Origin: Phallusia mammillata
Taxonomy: Eukaryota
Length of the DNA stretch: 64,000 nt
NCBI GenBank assembly: GCA_965637545.1
Contig: OZ281498.1
Location: 21,638,001-21,702,000 of the forward strand
Direction: 5' to 3'
Shown here in pieces: positions 36,560-49,801 of this stretch (the first letter of the stretch is position 1; every line of letters starts with the position of its first letter). The notes beneath the pieces were generated by a model. It was given only the letters and a program-made list of their open reading frames with translations. It was not told where the DNA came from and did not search any database. The position numbers and the translations under genes were made by a program.

Positions 36560-37142
36560 GCATAAAGCCGTGTTCTTTAAACAGCTGCAAGTGGAAAATG
36601 CAACACCAGTTGCAGAGCATCAGTGTTTCCAACTCGTATTTATTTTGGTAATGTTCACTGTTGTATATTTTCCGGAAATTGCCTCGACAATTCGCTTGCC
36701 TGACTATGTGACGTTGCCTACCAGCTGATAAAAAAACTGTCGTACGTCAACGGTACTGCATAGCAACCGTCATACGCAATATTCATTCAAACAATACAGA
36801 TATAGGATTGGACGACGCAATGTCCAACTGGTCTTTTTATATTCTACATCTCGTGCATTGCGACATTCAATATTTTAATACTGCAATGGTTTTAAATACG
36901 TTGAAACTGTATCGTTTTTTTGTTGAGCTCCTCCCATTAAACGCCTTAATAGCCTTTTATGCTTTCAAGGCCTTACATCAATTTTCTGATTCTAGGTTAA
37001 AAGCGACTGACTTGGTTATAAAAGTAAAACTGAATGGGCTTGTTTTGCCTAATTAATAAAACTGCTTGTCATAGAAAACAATTGAACACCTCCCTCATGC
37101 AACCGACATTAAGAATGGACTTTAGTGTTTTCCCTATTTTAC

Positions 37143-37194
37143 CTCCAGGTCATTATTGATGTAACGAAATGGTTTAACCTCTTCGAGTACCATA
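37143..37194 (-). CDS. Candidate RGS exon (MVLEEVKPFRYINNDLE), phase 2 to phase 0
   Basis: Acceptor cccttttatattgcag, then T-ATG and 17 open codons; donor GAG|gtaaaa. Confidence 0.4.
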
Positions 37195-37594
37195 CTGCAA
37201 TATAAAAGGGAATAGGGTGGGGAGTATGGATTTTGTTAAAACGGTTCTGGATAAAACGAAAAGGCGGCTTTAGGATCAAACAACTGATCAATAACTAGTC
37301 TGTATAAAATATAAGTAGATGGGTTCATAAAACACCAGGTTACACGAGACATATAAATAGCGTCACACTGAAACCACCACACTGAAATTCAATTCATTTA
37401 GGAACACTACATCAACTAACGCCAGAAAAGGCTGCAGTAGGTAAATACTTATTTTACACGTTTCAACAATAACTGTCGCTGTTTTACTTTTGTTACTGTT
37501 TTACTGGCCTTTCTTGCTCCCCGAATTCATTTAATTTGAGCATGATATAAGAAGTGTCAAAACGTCATGTTTTTACAACTATATTGGCGATTCT

Positions 37595-37654
37595 GTTTCT
37601 GGTCTAGGGTTATTAATTTTTTTTGTCTAGGGTTATTAATGTTTCTGGTCTAGG
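37595..37654. repeat. ~24-bp tandem repeat, 2.5 copies
   Basis: gtctagggttattaat recurs at 37602 and 37625, with a partial third copy at 37648. Confidence 0.75.
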
Positions 37655-40600
37655 CTTAAAAAATATTAAGTAGAAAAACCAACTGTTAATTTGATAAGAA
37701 CCGCGCTTTGTGACTAAAGAATATTTAAATTGACTTGGATAAAAACAATGAACCCGTGCAACATATTTTACGTCAGTGCCTTCCGTTAAACGTATAATAC
37801 AATGATATGACGGAGGTAACAAACTGGTCCCAGCAACGAGGGAAAATTTGCGCATGATACATCTCTATACGGCATATGCGAAATCCACAAGCTAATTTAA
37901 AAATAATTTTCCGCAAAAGTAAGGCGGCCTGTATTTTTTTTACTCCCCACTACGTCAGCGGTTATGACTCTAACGGCCCCCAGACAAAAGATCATGTGTA
38001 AAGCCACGTATCGGGGGTTGGCAAGTGCGTAATATCACACAGGATGGCGTAAAATAGGGGAAGTTCACAGCACGTTAATGAATTAACGACAAAACTATCT
38101 TCGGCTGATACTTTATGATTAATTTCTGCTAAACACTAGGGAATACTTAAGAAGAGTTACTTAACTTTATCGGCTGCAAATAATTCTTCGAACGTACGCA
38201 ACTTTTTTACGACTCAGCCTATTTTATATTCGATGCTGTTTCCAATATATCTATTAATCATAAAGCGGCATGGAAAGTACCTTAAAAAGGTATGAGTCGC
38301 TAGTCTAAAGAAGACGACTTAACGAGAAAGCTCAGCACCTACGATATTCTTATTCTTATTTTTTGTCTTTTTTGCTAAACACGTTAATCACCTTCTTTTA
38401 ACAAATTTCTCAATAATTAAAAGTGATACATTTCTGTCAAACCTATAATACAGATTCAATTGGACTCAGATTTGAGGATAGTGCACCGCTAATGGAGTGA
38501 AAAAATATATACGAGCACTCTGTGGCTGAGGTAACTTTGTTACAACAATGGTCAGCACTATGCGCTTTACGTTCAGTTTCCTTGTCTTAAACGAGCAATA
38601 GGTTGTTATTTAATCGACATAAAAAGTCAAAGAGTACAACACCAGCGAAAGAAAATCGGTTCCTTCCTGTTCTGTATATTCTGTGTCGTTAAAAGTGTCG
38701 TAAGTTGCACAACACATTTTAATATAACGGCGCAACTAACTGCTGACATGTTGGGAAGTAAAATAGTGAGTGATTACTTTTTCGAGGGCCCAGTATAGAT
38801 TACAAGTGACATCAATGCACGAGTTTTTACACTTTACAGACTCACAAAATTTTGAACGCTGATGCGACTCGATGTAACACTGCTTCTTCCTAGTTTGCTA
38901 ACTGGTAATAATTCTGGACCATTTGTGCTCTATGCAGTCAGTCTCTTTTACGTGTTGCCTTCTGGATTAAAGTAGTACGCGTTGGCAGGGCAAAACCCTT
39001 AACTGGTAGGCGAACAGAAAAAGTTTGGGAAACACTGCTTTAAGCAAACATTTGTGGACAATCTATAACAGGGTTTCAGGTGTGGTTCGGAGCGATGGAA
39101 TAATAAACACACGTGGTACAGAATTCCAAAACTCCTAACCCAGGGGGGATATAACTCAGAAAAAGGTTTGTTTTTACAGCGAGAAGAATAACAAGCCAAT
39201 TGGGCCACGATGTCCGCTTTGTCGCCGTTGTACGACACTGCAACCTGTTCCAACTCAAAAGGTAAAACCAAATCTGTGGATAAAAATAAAAATATACTGG
39301 TTGGGAGGATAGGGCAACAAATCGATAAGCGTTTTCTCCTGGCGTGCGCCTGGAAATTCAGGACAAGACGAACCCCAATTTAGGCCAATCTTCCGTGACA
39401 GTTTGACCTCCTGTCAGTTGACAGCTGTTGACTTTGGCGCTAGTTAACTGAAGATATTCAACTTCTAGACTTTTAAATCCGTAAATGATGGCAGAATATT
39501 TAATTGACAGCTTAAACCTCTCAACACAACAACGTTTTCAAAACGTTTTAAATAAAAAAGACCAAACGTGGTCAAAACTTGGAACGCTTTACATAGGTGT
39601 TATTTTATTACCTTCCGCTTTACAGAAACTGTTCAAACTTCCTGACACTAACTTAAAAATAGGATAGAGTGACATATTAACATTTTACCAATAAAACACT
39701 AAAGCTTTTGGCACAAGAAAGATTTCACATACTTTCAAATCACGTTTAAAATGTAAAAAATGCCTACACTGCTTTAAATATCTGTATTTTTGACGAGAAT
39801 ACCCAGACTGGTTCAAGACGGTACAATGCACTGAAAATGGGGAGTAACAAAAATCAATTACTCGTTTAGAACCAACTTTACGAAACCTCAAAAATTCTGT
39901 TGGAGACAAGGACAATAGCCAAAGGAGAGTCATGGATATATTTCGGCTGAAAAACGTGTCTTTGTTGAAAGGAGCCAATTTACAACCCACTTGCAATTAC
40001 ATAGCAAAAACTCCAAATGGAAAACAACATTAGCATAGGAAAAGTTGTACATGACCTTGTTACTTTTACTACTGCTGTCCAAAATTACAACTTTAAAAAT
40101 TCTTGTTTTACTAGTCTATGAAACTATGGCTTAAGGTACTCATTAAAAAAACAACGACACATTTTTAGTAAAGAACGCCTAAGCATGGTCCGATTAATTC
40201 AGACCAGCACACATTTAATTCAACTGGAGTAATCGTAGGATTTGGTAGAGCAAATTGCACAGAGGAATCCCTGGTATCGGTTTTCCGCACTAAAGATTAG
40301 ACGATCGATAGAAAGGAAATCAAAGATAGCAATCAGGCACATCGGGTTAACAGAAACCCTAATGTACAAATGTTACACTATAATTTTGCAATTACATTTC
40401 AAGCTACAGCTATGGTTGAAACGACTGTATGCATGCATTCACTACATACACAAACTCTCTGGGATTTCTGCCTTTTATCCATGTTCAACGTGGCCAAGTT
40501 TAAATACGTTTGTATTTTTTTAGTTCGAAGTCGTAATGATGATAAGCACCTTAGGTAATTATAAAAAGTTATTATAAACTTAAAAACTAGCTTTTTTCCT

Positions 40601-43600
40601 TGCATAAACCACATAACAGACAAAACCTGATGACCCTGCTTAACGATTTCTCTTGTACCTTTTACCTTTCAAATCTGATCCCAAGTGGCAAGTGATTTAG
40701 GCTTGCAACTGAACATCACTATTATAAGCTGGCCTACATATTTCACCTGTTTATCGCTAAGATAATCACACACACACATGCACTCGTTGAGTTTACAGCA
40801 ATAAAATTGCATTTCGCATGTAATTAACGTTGTTCTGTTTCTGACATGAGCTTTCTTGGAATATTACAGGACATGAATCGATTTACAAAGCAGCTTCCAT
40901 GGATATTCGCCGAGCGCCTTTGCAATCGATGTAGATTTTTTGCGTAAAGGCAAAAAGGAACATGTCAGAAAACATTAACATCTGCTGTCGTAGGGAGTGT
41001 TTGAAACCTGAAGGCCCACCACAGTGAAAATGTAACATATTGAAAACCTATATCGGTGTTAAATCACTTAACACCACTCTATTTGTGCCCTCAACTTGGT
41101 CGCGCTTTATAACGTCTGAGCGTTGCGCAGCTATTACCAACTGCTATGAATATCTTAACGCAATTGTGCTGTTACGACTTGTTTCACCAAGTAAATAAAC
41201 TCAACTCAAGCATTTGTTTGTTAACAATCCTAAAGGTGAAATTTTTTTTGCATTAAAGTATACCACTCTGCAATATATCGACAGAATACTATATTATACA
41301 CTGCGCCTATCGTTGTGACACACTGTTCCCAAACCTACGTCAACTTGGATCTTATTTTGACATAAACATACTACCAATGTCTCTTATACTGGGATCAATT
41401 CTTGCATTTTTAAAGGTTAGCACATCACAGTCAGGTACAAATCAACAGTTGTCAGACCTAATCGAGCAGGTCACCCGAGCACAATGTCGCAGTGTCAATT
41501 CAGACCAAATCTGTCACGTTTTCAAACCTTTCTGGCCGCAATACAGTCTATACGAAGATAACCTAACTGGGACTAGCGCAAGAAACTCTACAACCAGCAA
41601 CAGTGGCCTTAAATGACCCAGCATTGTTGCGCTACAGTACAAAGTGGTGGTTAGGCCTAACTGTAGGTTTGCAGATTTTGATTTGCCGGCGCTGTAAAGC
41701 GTAGTAATGCTCTTGCGGCCATATTCATGTGAACCTAGCATGTTTAGTACACCAGTCATGCGTCGTTGAGTTGTCCGACTTTGGTGACGTGACCACACAT
41801 TGCAACAGTCGGTTGTATGATTTTGTGTGTTTATTGCTCAACATGGCGACGCCAGTATTGCGAACGCCGGAGTCTTGGTCATTTTTTTGTTTATTCAAGT
41901 TTGGAAACAGATCACTACAGCCATATGTTAATAAGAAATTAAACACCATAGCTTAGATACTTCTAGATTACTTATAATAGCACCACACCACATAAACTTT
42001 TCATTTGTGGTGACTACCAGCGTAAATGAATGTATGGAAAACGTTGTATATGGGGGGCTTGCTTGGGTGAAAGATAAAATAGCCACAGTGTGGTCAAAAA
42101 GTCGTTAAGTTCTATTTTATTCATCGCAATATGTCAGTTTTCAATCAAACCCGAATTGGCGGACTCCAATAAGTCCGGAGAAACGGTTTCCATACACACA
42201 GACTTTGTTCTTACACATTTTTGAGCCATTAATAGTAGAAACCATGGAAAGGTTGAGAAACACTGCAACATTCGAATTATTTACTTCTTAAAGGTCTATT
42301 AGTAGTAAAAAACGTATTTTGCAAAGGTGCGTTGACCACTTTTACGTATTTGCAGTTCTGATAGCAAGTAAAACGAAAACCAAATTAGTGGATTAATATA
42401 TCCCAACACCGCACGAACAACCACAATAACATTGCCATTATGGAAAATGTCGAGCCCTGCGCATCTGTATAAAGAGCTATGGCAATGTGTATTTATTACC
42501 GTCACTTGCTGCATTTCTTGCTATATCCTTTGGCATTAAAGGTGACATTTTTGGCGCAATAGGTCGGTTTGGCTGGAATGATCGTTACCTTGTGGTTTAA
42601 GGTGAGCCGAAAATCCGATCAAGGGGTTTACAACGAAGTGGGAGGTTAACATAACGGGAAAAAATAATTCAAAGAGACTTTGTAAAAACGTGTCCTGTTG
42701 GCAAATTGTCATCGATCTTTCTCGCTTTATAGACGCTTTGGGAAAAGCCAGAGGAGGACTGTTGTTTGAACATGGGCCCAAGGCAAATAAACGTGGCGTT
42801 GATACCTATCGATTTCTGTGCGGTATTTTTATCGTTCATAATCGTCAAGGGGCGATTTTGTGTATCGGTCTGCTCGAATCCAATTCGTCGAAACATAAAC
42901 GAAACGATCTAAAGTCCCAAATTAAAACACCTTCAAGAGCTTAAAACTGATATTACCTTCTGTAAACTCATGAATTCTTATCTTTTGAATTTCAAAATTT
43001 ACATTCCATTCGAACCAGATACCGAAGATATATCTCTATCTTTGAAAACTATAAATGATTTTAGGTCTAGGTCCCTGGTGGCTAATAATACATCCCACAC
43101 TTTATGAAACATTCCTTTAAAATTGCACAAAACAACAACTATTTATAAAACCTCACTACATCACTGATACTGGCATTAGGATTTGCCGGAACTTTAGGCA
43201 ATAATATTTCACATGACCAAAACTTAAAAAATTTCAACTACATTTGCCACAAAGTTAAGTTCAACCTTCATATACAAAACCTTATTCCAAATCAAAAAAC
43301 TTGGCTCGAAGCCTCACATGACCTAACTGAACCCATTAAAATCTTTCACGACTGTTCTGCGATTGTCAAGGTGTCACCACTGGTCACAGAGGAATAAAAT
43401 AAACTTACTAAAGTTACTAGAGGCAGTTTTGCAAATTTCCTGACTAGTACAAGGTTGATAGACAGGCGAGTGGCTTGACATGCGCACATCCTGCAAACCA
43501 TCGTTACTTCACGCAAGTAGCATGAGGGTTCAAAAAGTGTTGTGCGAACGATTTGATTGACAAGCTGGTTTCAAGAACCTGTACGAACTGAGCAAGCAAA

Positions 43601-46029
43601 TTGATCCCAGAGAAAGGGTCAATTATAATACAACAGAACAGTGTGTTTTCGTAAACGTATTTTAATTTAGGCTACATTACATCACAGTCTTGTACTTCCT
43701 GATTTCTCCAATCTTCTCGTATTAGTTTTCACAATAATCAGGTACTTCAAATTTACTAGACAATATCCTCAAGGATATTTCACACCAACAGAATAAATAA
43801 TATCTAAGCTGTTGTAAACTTTAAAAGAAGATTCTAAAACAGAAGTAACGCTTTTTTTAACGTTCTGAGACAACTTTTTGCAGAAAGTGAAATCTTTTGT
43901 CACTGCGACTGCTAAAGAAAAAACCTATAAAACCGAGTTAGGTTAGGAGTGTTTTAGGAATTCAAAATTGGGCGCTTTTCAGGTCGTATTCAGTCAATTA
44001 AGCGACTAAATCAACACAACAAAGATCGGAGGAAATGGGCAGGTGCCCCGAAAGACGGAAGAATGTATCCAGAAATTAAAATCGATCGCACAGGGTCTGG
44101 AAGCTAACGCGCGGTCACATTCTGCACAAACAAACAGTGGTTTGTCGTTTATTTGGTTAACTGGATCCAAAACGCCGGAAGGAGAGATTTAAGACTGACA
44201 TGACACGGCAACTTTGCATGTTTTGTAACGAAATTTTGGGGTAAAAGTCACAAGGAAAGCCTAGAATAATAACATTGCCCAAACCAACAACTTGGCTGCA
44301 TGTGTTATAGTCAGGTCAGTTATATTAAAGCAATAACAAATGTATTAGACTTTTTTCATCTTGTGACAAAGCTGGGTGTTTGGGATTTGTTTTTTTCTGA
44401 CGTTTCCATTAAAAATCCCATTAAAACCGTGAGCAACGAACTGTGACAATGTGCATTCATCTGTAACGCTCGCGGATGTATGACATTTACAGTAACCCTG
44501 GGAAGTCGAAATCGGGGAGAGGTACAAAAAACAAGCATTGACCCAACACACACAACTGTTACTTAACATAAGGTAAAAGGACTTATGAACCCACCAGCGT
44601 TAAATTATTGTCAACGCCTCAAGGCCGCAGATTCAAACAGTTTTGTAGTAACGGAGTCCTTTACCAACTTCTAAAGATTGCAAGCACTATGTAAAACGTC
44701 CTGAACTTTTTTGATAACTGCGAAGTGCATTTCTTCACACAAAAATGGCCAGGAGAAACCTCCTATTTTTTTACAATTACATACGCCCCGATCCATCCCA
44801 TGGACGGCCGACTATAAAAGTTTTTACACAGATAATGAACCAGTTTTGTGAATTTCATGGCACACGTTATATTTTGGATTGAAGTTGCAAATATGCTCAT
44901 TTATGTACACACTGCTAGCTACATGCAAATCCTCATCCGCTGTTTGGACACATGTGAAAACATCCGCAGCTGGTTATAATCAGGTTAACGTTTATATAAC
45001 TTGGTTTACGCTATGCGCACGCACCCATCACCACCAAAGTGACAAACTACACATTTCAAACCGCACAAATTTGAATCAACTAGCTAGTCTAAACTCAAGC
45101 AAACTATAAAATCACATGCCAAACTGCCGACAGCCACAGGGCAGAGAGATAGATGCTCTACCACAGGCATTTGCACCACATAGACGTATGTGACCTTTTC
45201 GTATTTATGAGCTAGGAAAAGGTTTGCGCAAGCCTAACCTTTTTGGCATAGTTACCGCAGCTAACATAATTGTCAGCCGTTATTTTTCTAATATAAAGTA
45301 CGTTACACGGTTACAAGCAAAGACTGATTTGTTTCAAAAGCTAGTGACGTCGTTTGGTGACAAGCCGACGTCAGACGCAACAGTATGACATCACAACCTC
45401 TGCTATCACAGCTAAATATACTGGAATAGCGTACGTCTTTTAGAGTGCTCTGCAAATAAAACCAAGGGTATTATAGCTAGTTTTACAGGAATGGCGTACG
45501 ATTTTTAAATATTTATGTCGTTTTCCAAGCAAAAAATGTCACACAGAGCATAAGTTACGATTCGGCAAGATTAAATATTAGCAGCAATTCGCTTGTAGTT
45601 AATTTTAAACCGCTCTGCAAATAAAACCAAGGGCAGCGGTGCAATCTATATTTAACTTCCCTCGACCCTTGTAAACAAGTAATATACAAGCACATCTGTG
45701 TGTAATCACATTTCCTTGCCTGCAATCATCAAAAATAGATTTACCACGTTGCACACGCGGTGATGTCACACTAATTTAGCCTGTGGCCAACGACGCTGCG
45801 TCCATTTGGCCACAAATAACAACGTGCTTGTATTTTAGAGGCTATTTCTGTACTCTGCAGGCTTATTATTATTAGTATGTTGAACTGCATTTGGTTAACG
45901 GCTGCGTTCGGAAATAGCAACATGTTTACAAACTGCATGTACATTTACGCCCGGTCGGGCTGACTAAGTGCTACGATCAACCACTACGCAGTCACTACCG
46001 GCGTTTAGTCATTGCTTTAATAGCCGAGA

Positions 46030-47300
46030 TCACCCTAATGGGTTCGCCTGGCTAGATGACTGGCAAAAAAGTAGAACAGTATGCTCCAAAGTCTAAAGCA
46101 CAATGAACCTAGACCAATTTAGCTCGGCCTGTTACTAGCTCGGGATACCTAGCAATGTAAACAAGTCAGGACTGTTGGAACTACTGGCCAAATTTGCACG
46201 TAAAGAACTAAAGACTATCAGGCGCATCCGTTATTATAACCAACAACATCCCATTGCCATCTAAAAGTAACGCACAGGCCTGACTAGTGCTGGTAGCTCG
46301 AACCTCCCCTTCAAGTTCATTAAAGCAAGCGGCACTGCGGTAGTTGCTGTAACATAGGAACCACGGCTTGATTGATGATCTTGCCTGTCGTTAACGATTC
46401 TAAACCGCGTGCAGCAACTATAGGAAGGATAAGCGCTGTTGTCAACACAGGGCTTACAAGCCCAAGTCATTTCCGTGTAAACACACATATATAAGCTTTA
46501 CAATACAGGCATGGTCGATCGTAGCCCAACACAACAGCGGGAAACGCCCATGCCAGATTAAATATCAGACTCGAAGTACCCATACTTGATTGAGCCGCCT
46601 GCCGTGCGCTCTACGAAAACTATCAATGACCAGGCCAGCAAAGTGCCGGTCATGACATAGCCTCCATTAGCTTGTCACAAAAATCTATGTAAGCGCGCAG
46701 ACAAACCGGCAGGCCGCTGAGTTATTTCCCCGCATATTGTAATTTCACTACAGTACGATTTATGCGCCATGGCCTGAAGCGAAACAACGGTTCAGCATCT
46801 ATTTTCAACAATGCCCGAACAATGGTTTAGTGAGGCGCGAGTTACAAACGGTATTTCCTAGCCTGTATTCGTTTTTATGCGTCATGCAAGTACTGAACAG
46901 TCGGTCTGTGTGAAGCACAGGAGAAAATAACCCAATTCGTGAACATAAACTTGAAAACAACTTCTTAATCCACATACTCAAAACCGATACCCAGTTGACA
47001 ATCTTGTAACATGATAACCAGTACAACGAACTTAATTGCATACTCCTTACAAATAACTTGAACTTAAAATAGAACTTAGTATCCACATTCCCAAACCAAC
47101 ACCGAAAATAGACCAACTTATATAAACAAGGTAACTAGTGAACTAGCTGAACTCCCAACTTTTTGAATGGTTCTCTACCAATAACAAGGCAGCCAAGTCT
47201 GGAAATAAAGCGCCACAAATTCATAGCACGAACTGACGCTTAAAAGTCTGCCAAAATCTCCTGCTATAGGAAGCAAAGACCGTAGCGGTTCCATTCTTCA
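46030..47300 (+). mobile_element. Possible heavily decayed LTR-retrotransposon (Ty3/Gypsy-like) relic
   Basis: Stop-interrupted frame MNLDQFSSACY*LGIPSNVNKSGLLELLAKF (gag N-terminal/SAP-like) and faint RT-like words (VCVKHRR; NPHTQNRYPV). Resemblance only; no LTRs seen. Confidence 0.25.
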
Positions 47301-48074
47301 TATCAGTCCATTGTCGCGTAACAAGAGGTTCCGCTCTGATGGCATCGTTTTTTGTACAGTTCACTAGCCAGATTGTGTTACACTCTGAATGCAGTACATC
47401 ACTACATTGATTTGATAATGAAAGTTAAAGGTGGGAGCCGACTTCACAAAACTCAAAAGCAGTGTTTTTGCTTGGTACAGTATTGGCAAGTTTTTATGGC
47501 TCTAAAATACTGAGTCATCAAACGGTTAGGAAACTTCAGTTTTCACAATTTGGCACCGTTCCCTTTTAACTGAATGCCAAGATTTTTTGCTTGGCTGGTT
47601 TTTGTCAACAAGGTTTTTACAACAAAAGCATGTTTAAACATTCCTTAAAGGGTGGCTATTGGGCTGTTATATGGCCGAAAGCCAAATCAGAGTCAATTTT
47701 AGGGCAACCTGAACTATTTTTCAAAAAGCATGTTAGGCGTACAATCAGTACAACAACAAAATTTCTATGATTTCATCTTGGCCGTTGAGGAGTGTACAAA
47801 TAAGCAGTAAAGCATAACATAACAACACACACACTTTCCACCGTCCATGGATTTATGCACCGTGAAAACATGTGCTTTTGAAGCTCATGCAGTCGTCGTG
47901 CTAGCGCTACCTGACGGAAACTGTTGGTGAAAGAAAAAAAAACCTTTCCCATTTGCATGGAAATTTTCTGTAAGATGATTTAGCAATTTACAAGTCCTTG
48001 AAAATCTTATGAAAGATAATGGCACGCAATTTTATGAAAATGGATACACACATTGTGTTCGAGGTCCAATCTTT

Positions 48075-48230
48075 AAAGCAATGTTTTTGACCTCAAAAAC
48101 TTGAAGCAATGTTTTTCACCTAAATAACTTGAAGCCATGTGCTTAATTTCAACAACTCTAACATTGGGTTGGATCTCAAAACCTTAAAGCAATGTGTTTG
48201 ACTTAAAACTTTAAATTAATGTTTGTTTGT
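48075..48230. repeat. Degenerate ~29-bp minisatellite (~5 copies)
   Basis: aagcaatgtttttgacctcaaaaacttg-like units at ~48075, 48104, 48132 and 48187. Confidence 0.65.
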
Positions 48231-48346
48231 TTTCTGATCAAAAGCTGTCAGCAACTTAAACCTATGCATTTGAGCTGATGAAAAAGTAGCCACGCAGAAA
48301 GGACATTTATGTAACCTCAAATACAACAATAACATCGAGACTCTAC

Positions 48347-49196
48347 CTTATAGTGATGGTGTGGTGTTTCGTATGCCTGATTCTCGCAGACGCTCAGCGG
48401 CGAAGGCGAACATCGATGCTGACAAGAGTGGGTTCTCCGCCAGGTTTGTGGTGAAAGAAACGAAATGGCGCGTTCCGGCACAGGGAGAATTTGAAAACGT
48501 GCCCAGTTAATTTCACTGAACCTGCTCAGCGGTGCGCTCGCGTTGCTGCAAAAGATTGTATGAGTTGATAAGAGATATCGATTTGTTTTTTCCCCGTTTA
48601 CACAGGGTTTAGGTGGTATGCAGCAAATTCGTCAAAAGGTACTCGATCCATATTAGGTTGAGAACCACTGCTTCAAAAGGGTCCTATCCACATATACTTA
48701 TACACGTAAAACTGTTGTTGATAAGAGAAAAACAATTAGGGGCCCCTGAACTGTAACCTGGTCAGCAACTACCCTAATCAGCAAACGCACAAATTTTAGT
48801 GAGACCTAACTAAGGTTGTAAATGGTGAGAACCAGATTTCGGCACGCTATTGTAAGGTATAGGCTAGAAAAGTCTAGCCTACAGCGGGATTCGATCCAAC
48901 GATAGAAGCCTATCCAGGGCTACCAACTGAACTACAGTCTGCAGTAATACTTGTTATTTTTTAAAAGTAAAGTATTTCTGTTAACCTTGTTGATAAATGG
49001 TTTGTTTAGAGCGGATTGTGTGTCTTACTTAGGCAAACGTGCTGAAACAATAACAAAGTCACCAAAGATGTCTGTGTACAAAAACTGATAGCCTATTATC
49101 AGAAAGTTACCTTTCAATAGATAGTCCTTGTGATATGTCATTCTCGCTGGAAGCGGGTACAATTGATGCTCGATGTTTCTTGAAGATCCATGGCAT
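48347..49196 (-). CDS. Candidate distal N-terminal exon pair of the RGS long isoform (386 aa in total)
   Basis: 49196-49111 encodes MPWIFKKHRASIVPASSENDISQGLSIE with a phase-2 donor gtaact. 48545-48347 has acceptor aatcttttgcag, 66 stop-free GC-rich codons and a phase-0 donor AAG|gtagag compatible with 28817. Confidence 0.6.
48872..48938 (-). mobile_element. tRNA-derived SINE head (degenerate)
   Basis: Reverse complement gives tagttcagttggtag (A box) and gttggatcgaatccc (B-box-like). Confidence 0.45.
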
Positions 49197-49745
49197 ATTG
49201 TATTGTGTTCTGATTGGCTTTCGGATTAAATGCACACTTTGGAATTGGTGTAAATTGGCACTTTAACTACGCTTTTGTAATCTTTACGATATGTTGCACT
49301 CCTTGCCTGCAACACACAAACTTTTCAATCGTTTCATGTAGAATTTTATGTCAAAAATATTTTTGTCTGAGTAAGCCATATAGGTTTAAAGAAATCATAA
49401 CGAAATTAAACTGCCAATAATATGTTCAAGTGTGTTTGAAAAAATGATAATGAAACGTATTTATCCCAATCATAATAATATGTGGACATGGTGTGTATCA
49501 GTAAATCACAGGCATTATGTATTGACCAAAATGTTAAAATTTTGAAACATAGAAAATTGAAATAGTAACACAGTTAAAATATTATCGTAGAACGTAAGCA
49601 AAAATTTGCAGGGATTTCCTATTGAGTATGCCACTGGCATTTTGTAAATGAAACCAACTATTAGCTTAATCGTTTTTTGCCGGTGCAAATCATTTAGAAG
49701 GGCGGCTCTGTGACGAAATAATCACACGAGACAGCGATTTCATTG

Positions 49746-49801
49746 TGACGTCGCAGTTTAAGCAGCAGAAAACAGCCCGGGGCATTGGAGCCGTGACCAC
49801 G
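49746..49801 (+). promoter_or_regulatory. Probable GFUS 5' non-coding exon / promoter edge
   Basis: GC-richer stretch with TGACGTC ending in a strong donor CACG|gtaagg; a strong acceptor tttttcgtattgcag ends at 50611, before the GFUS ATG. Confidence 0.4.

Noticed and set aside
40666-40716. ATG to phase-0 donor candidate RGS first exon
   Set aside because: In-frame TGA before the donor; shows the chance background for short candidates.
42536-42944. Cluster of overlapping 75-84 aa ORFs
   Set aside because: No homology recognised; the donor at ~42578 is in the wrong phase for the RGS acceptor.
47830-47920. Possible extra RGS exon (FRQVALARRLHELQKHMFSRC)
   Set aside because: Good acceptor but only weak or ambiguous donors; not supportable without reads.
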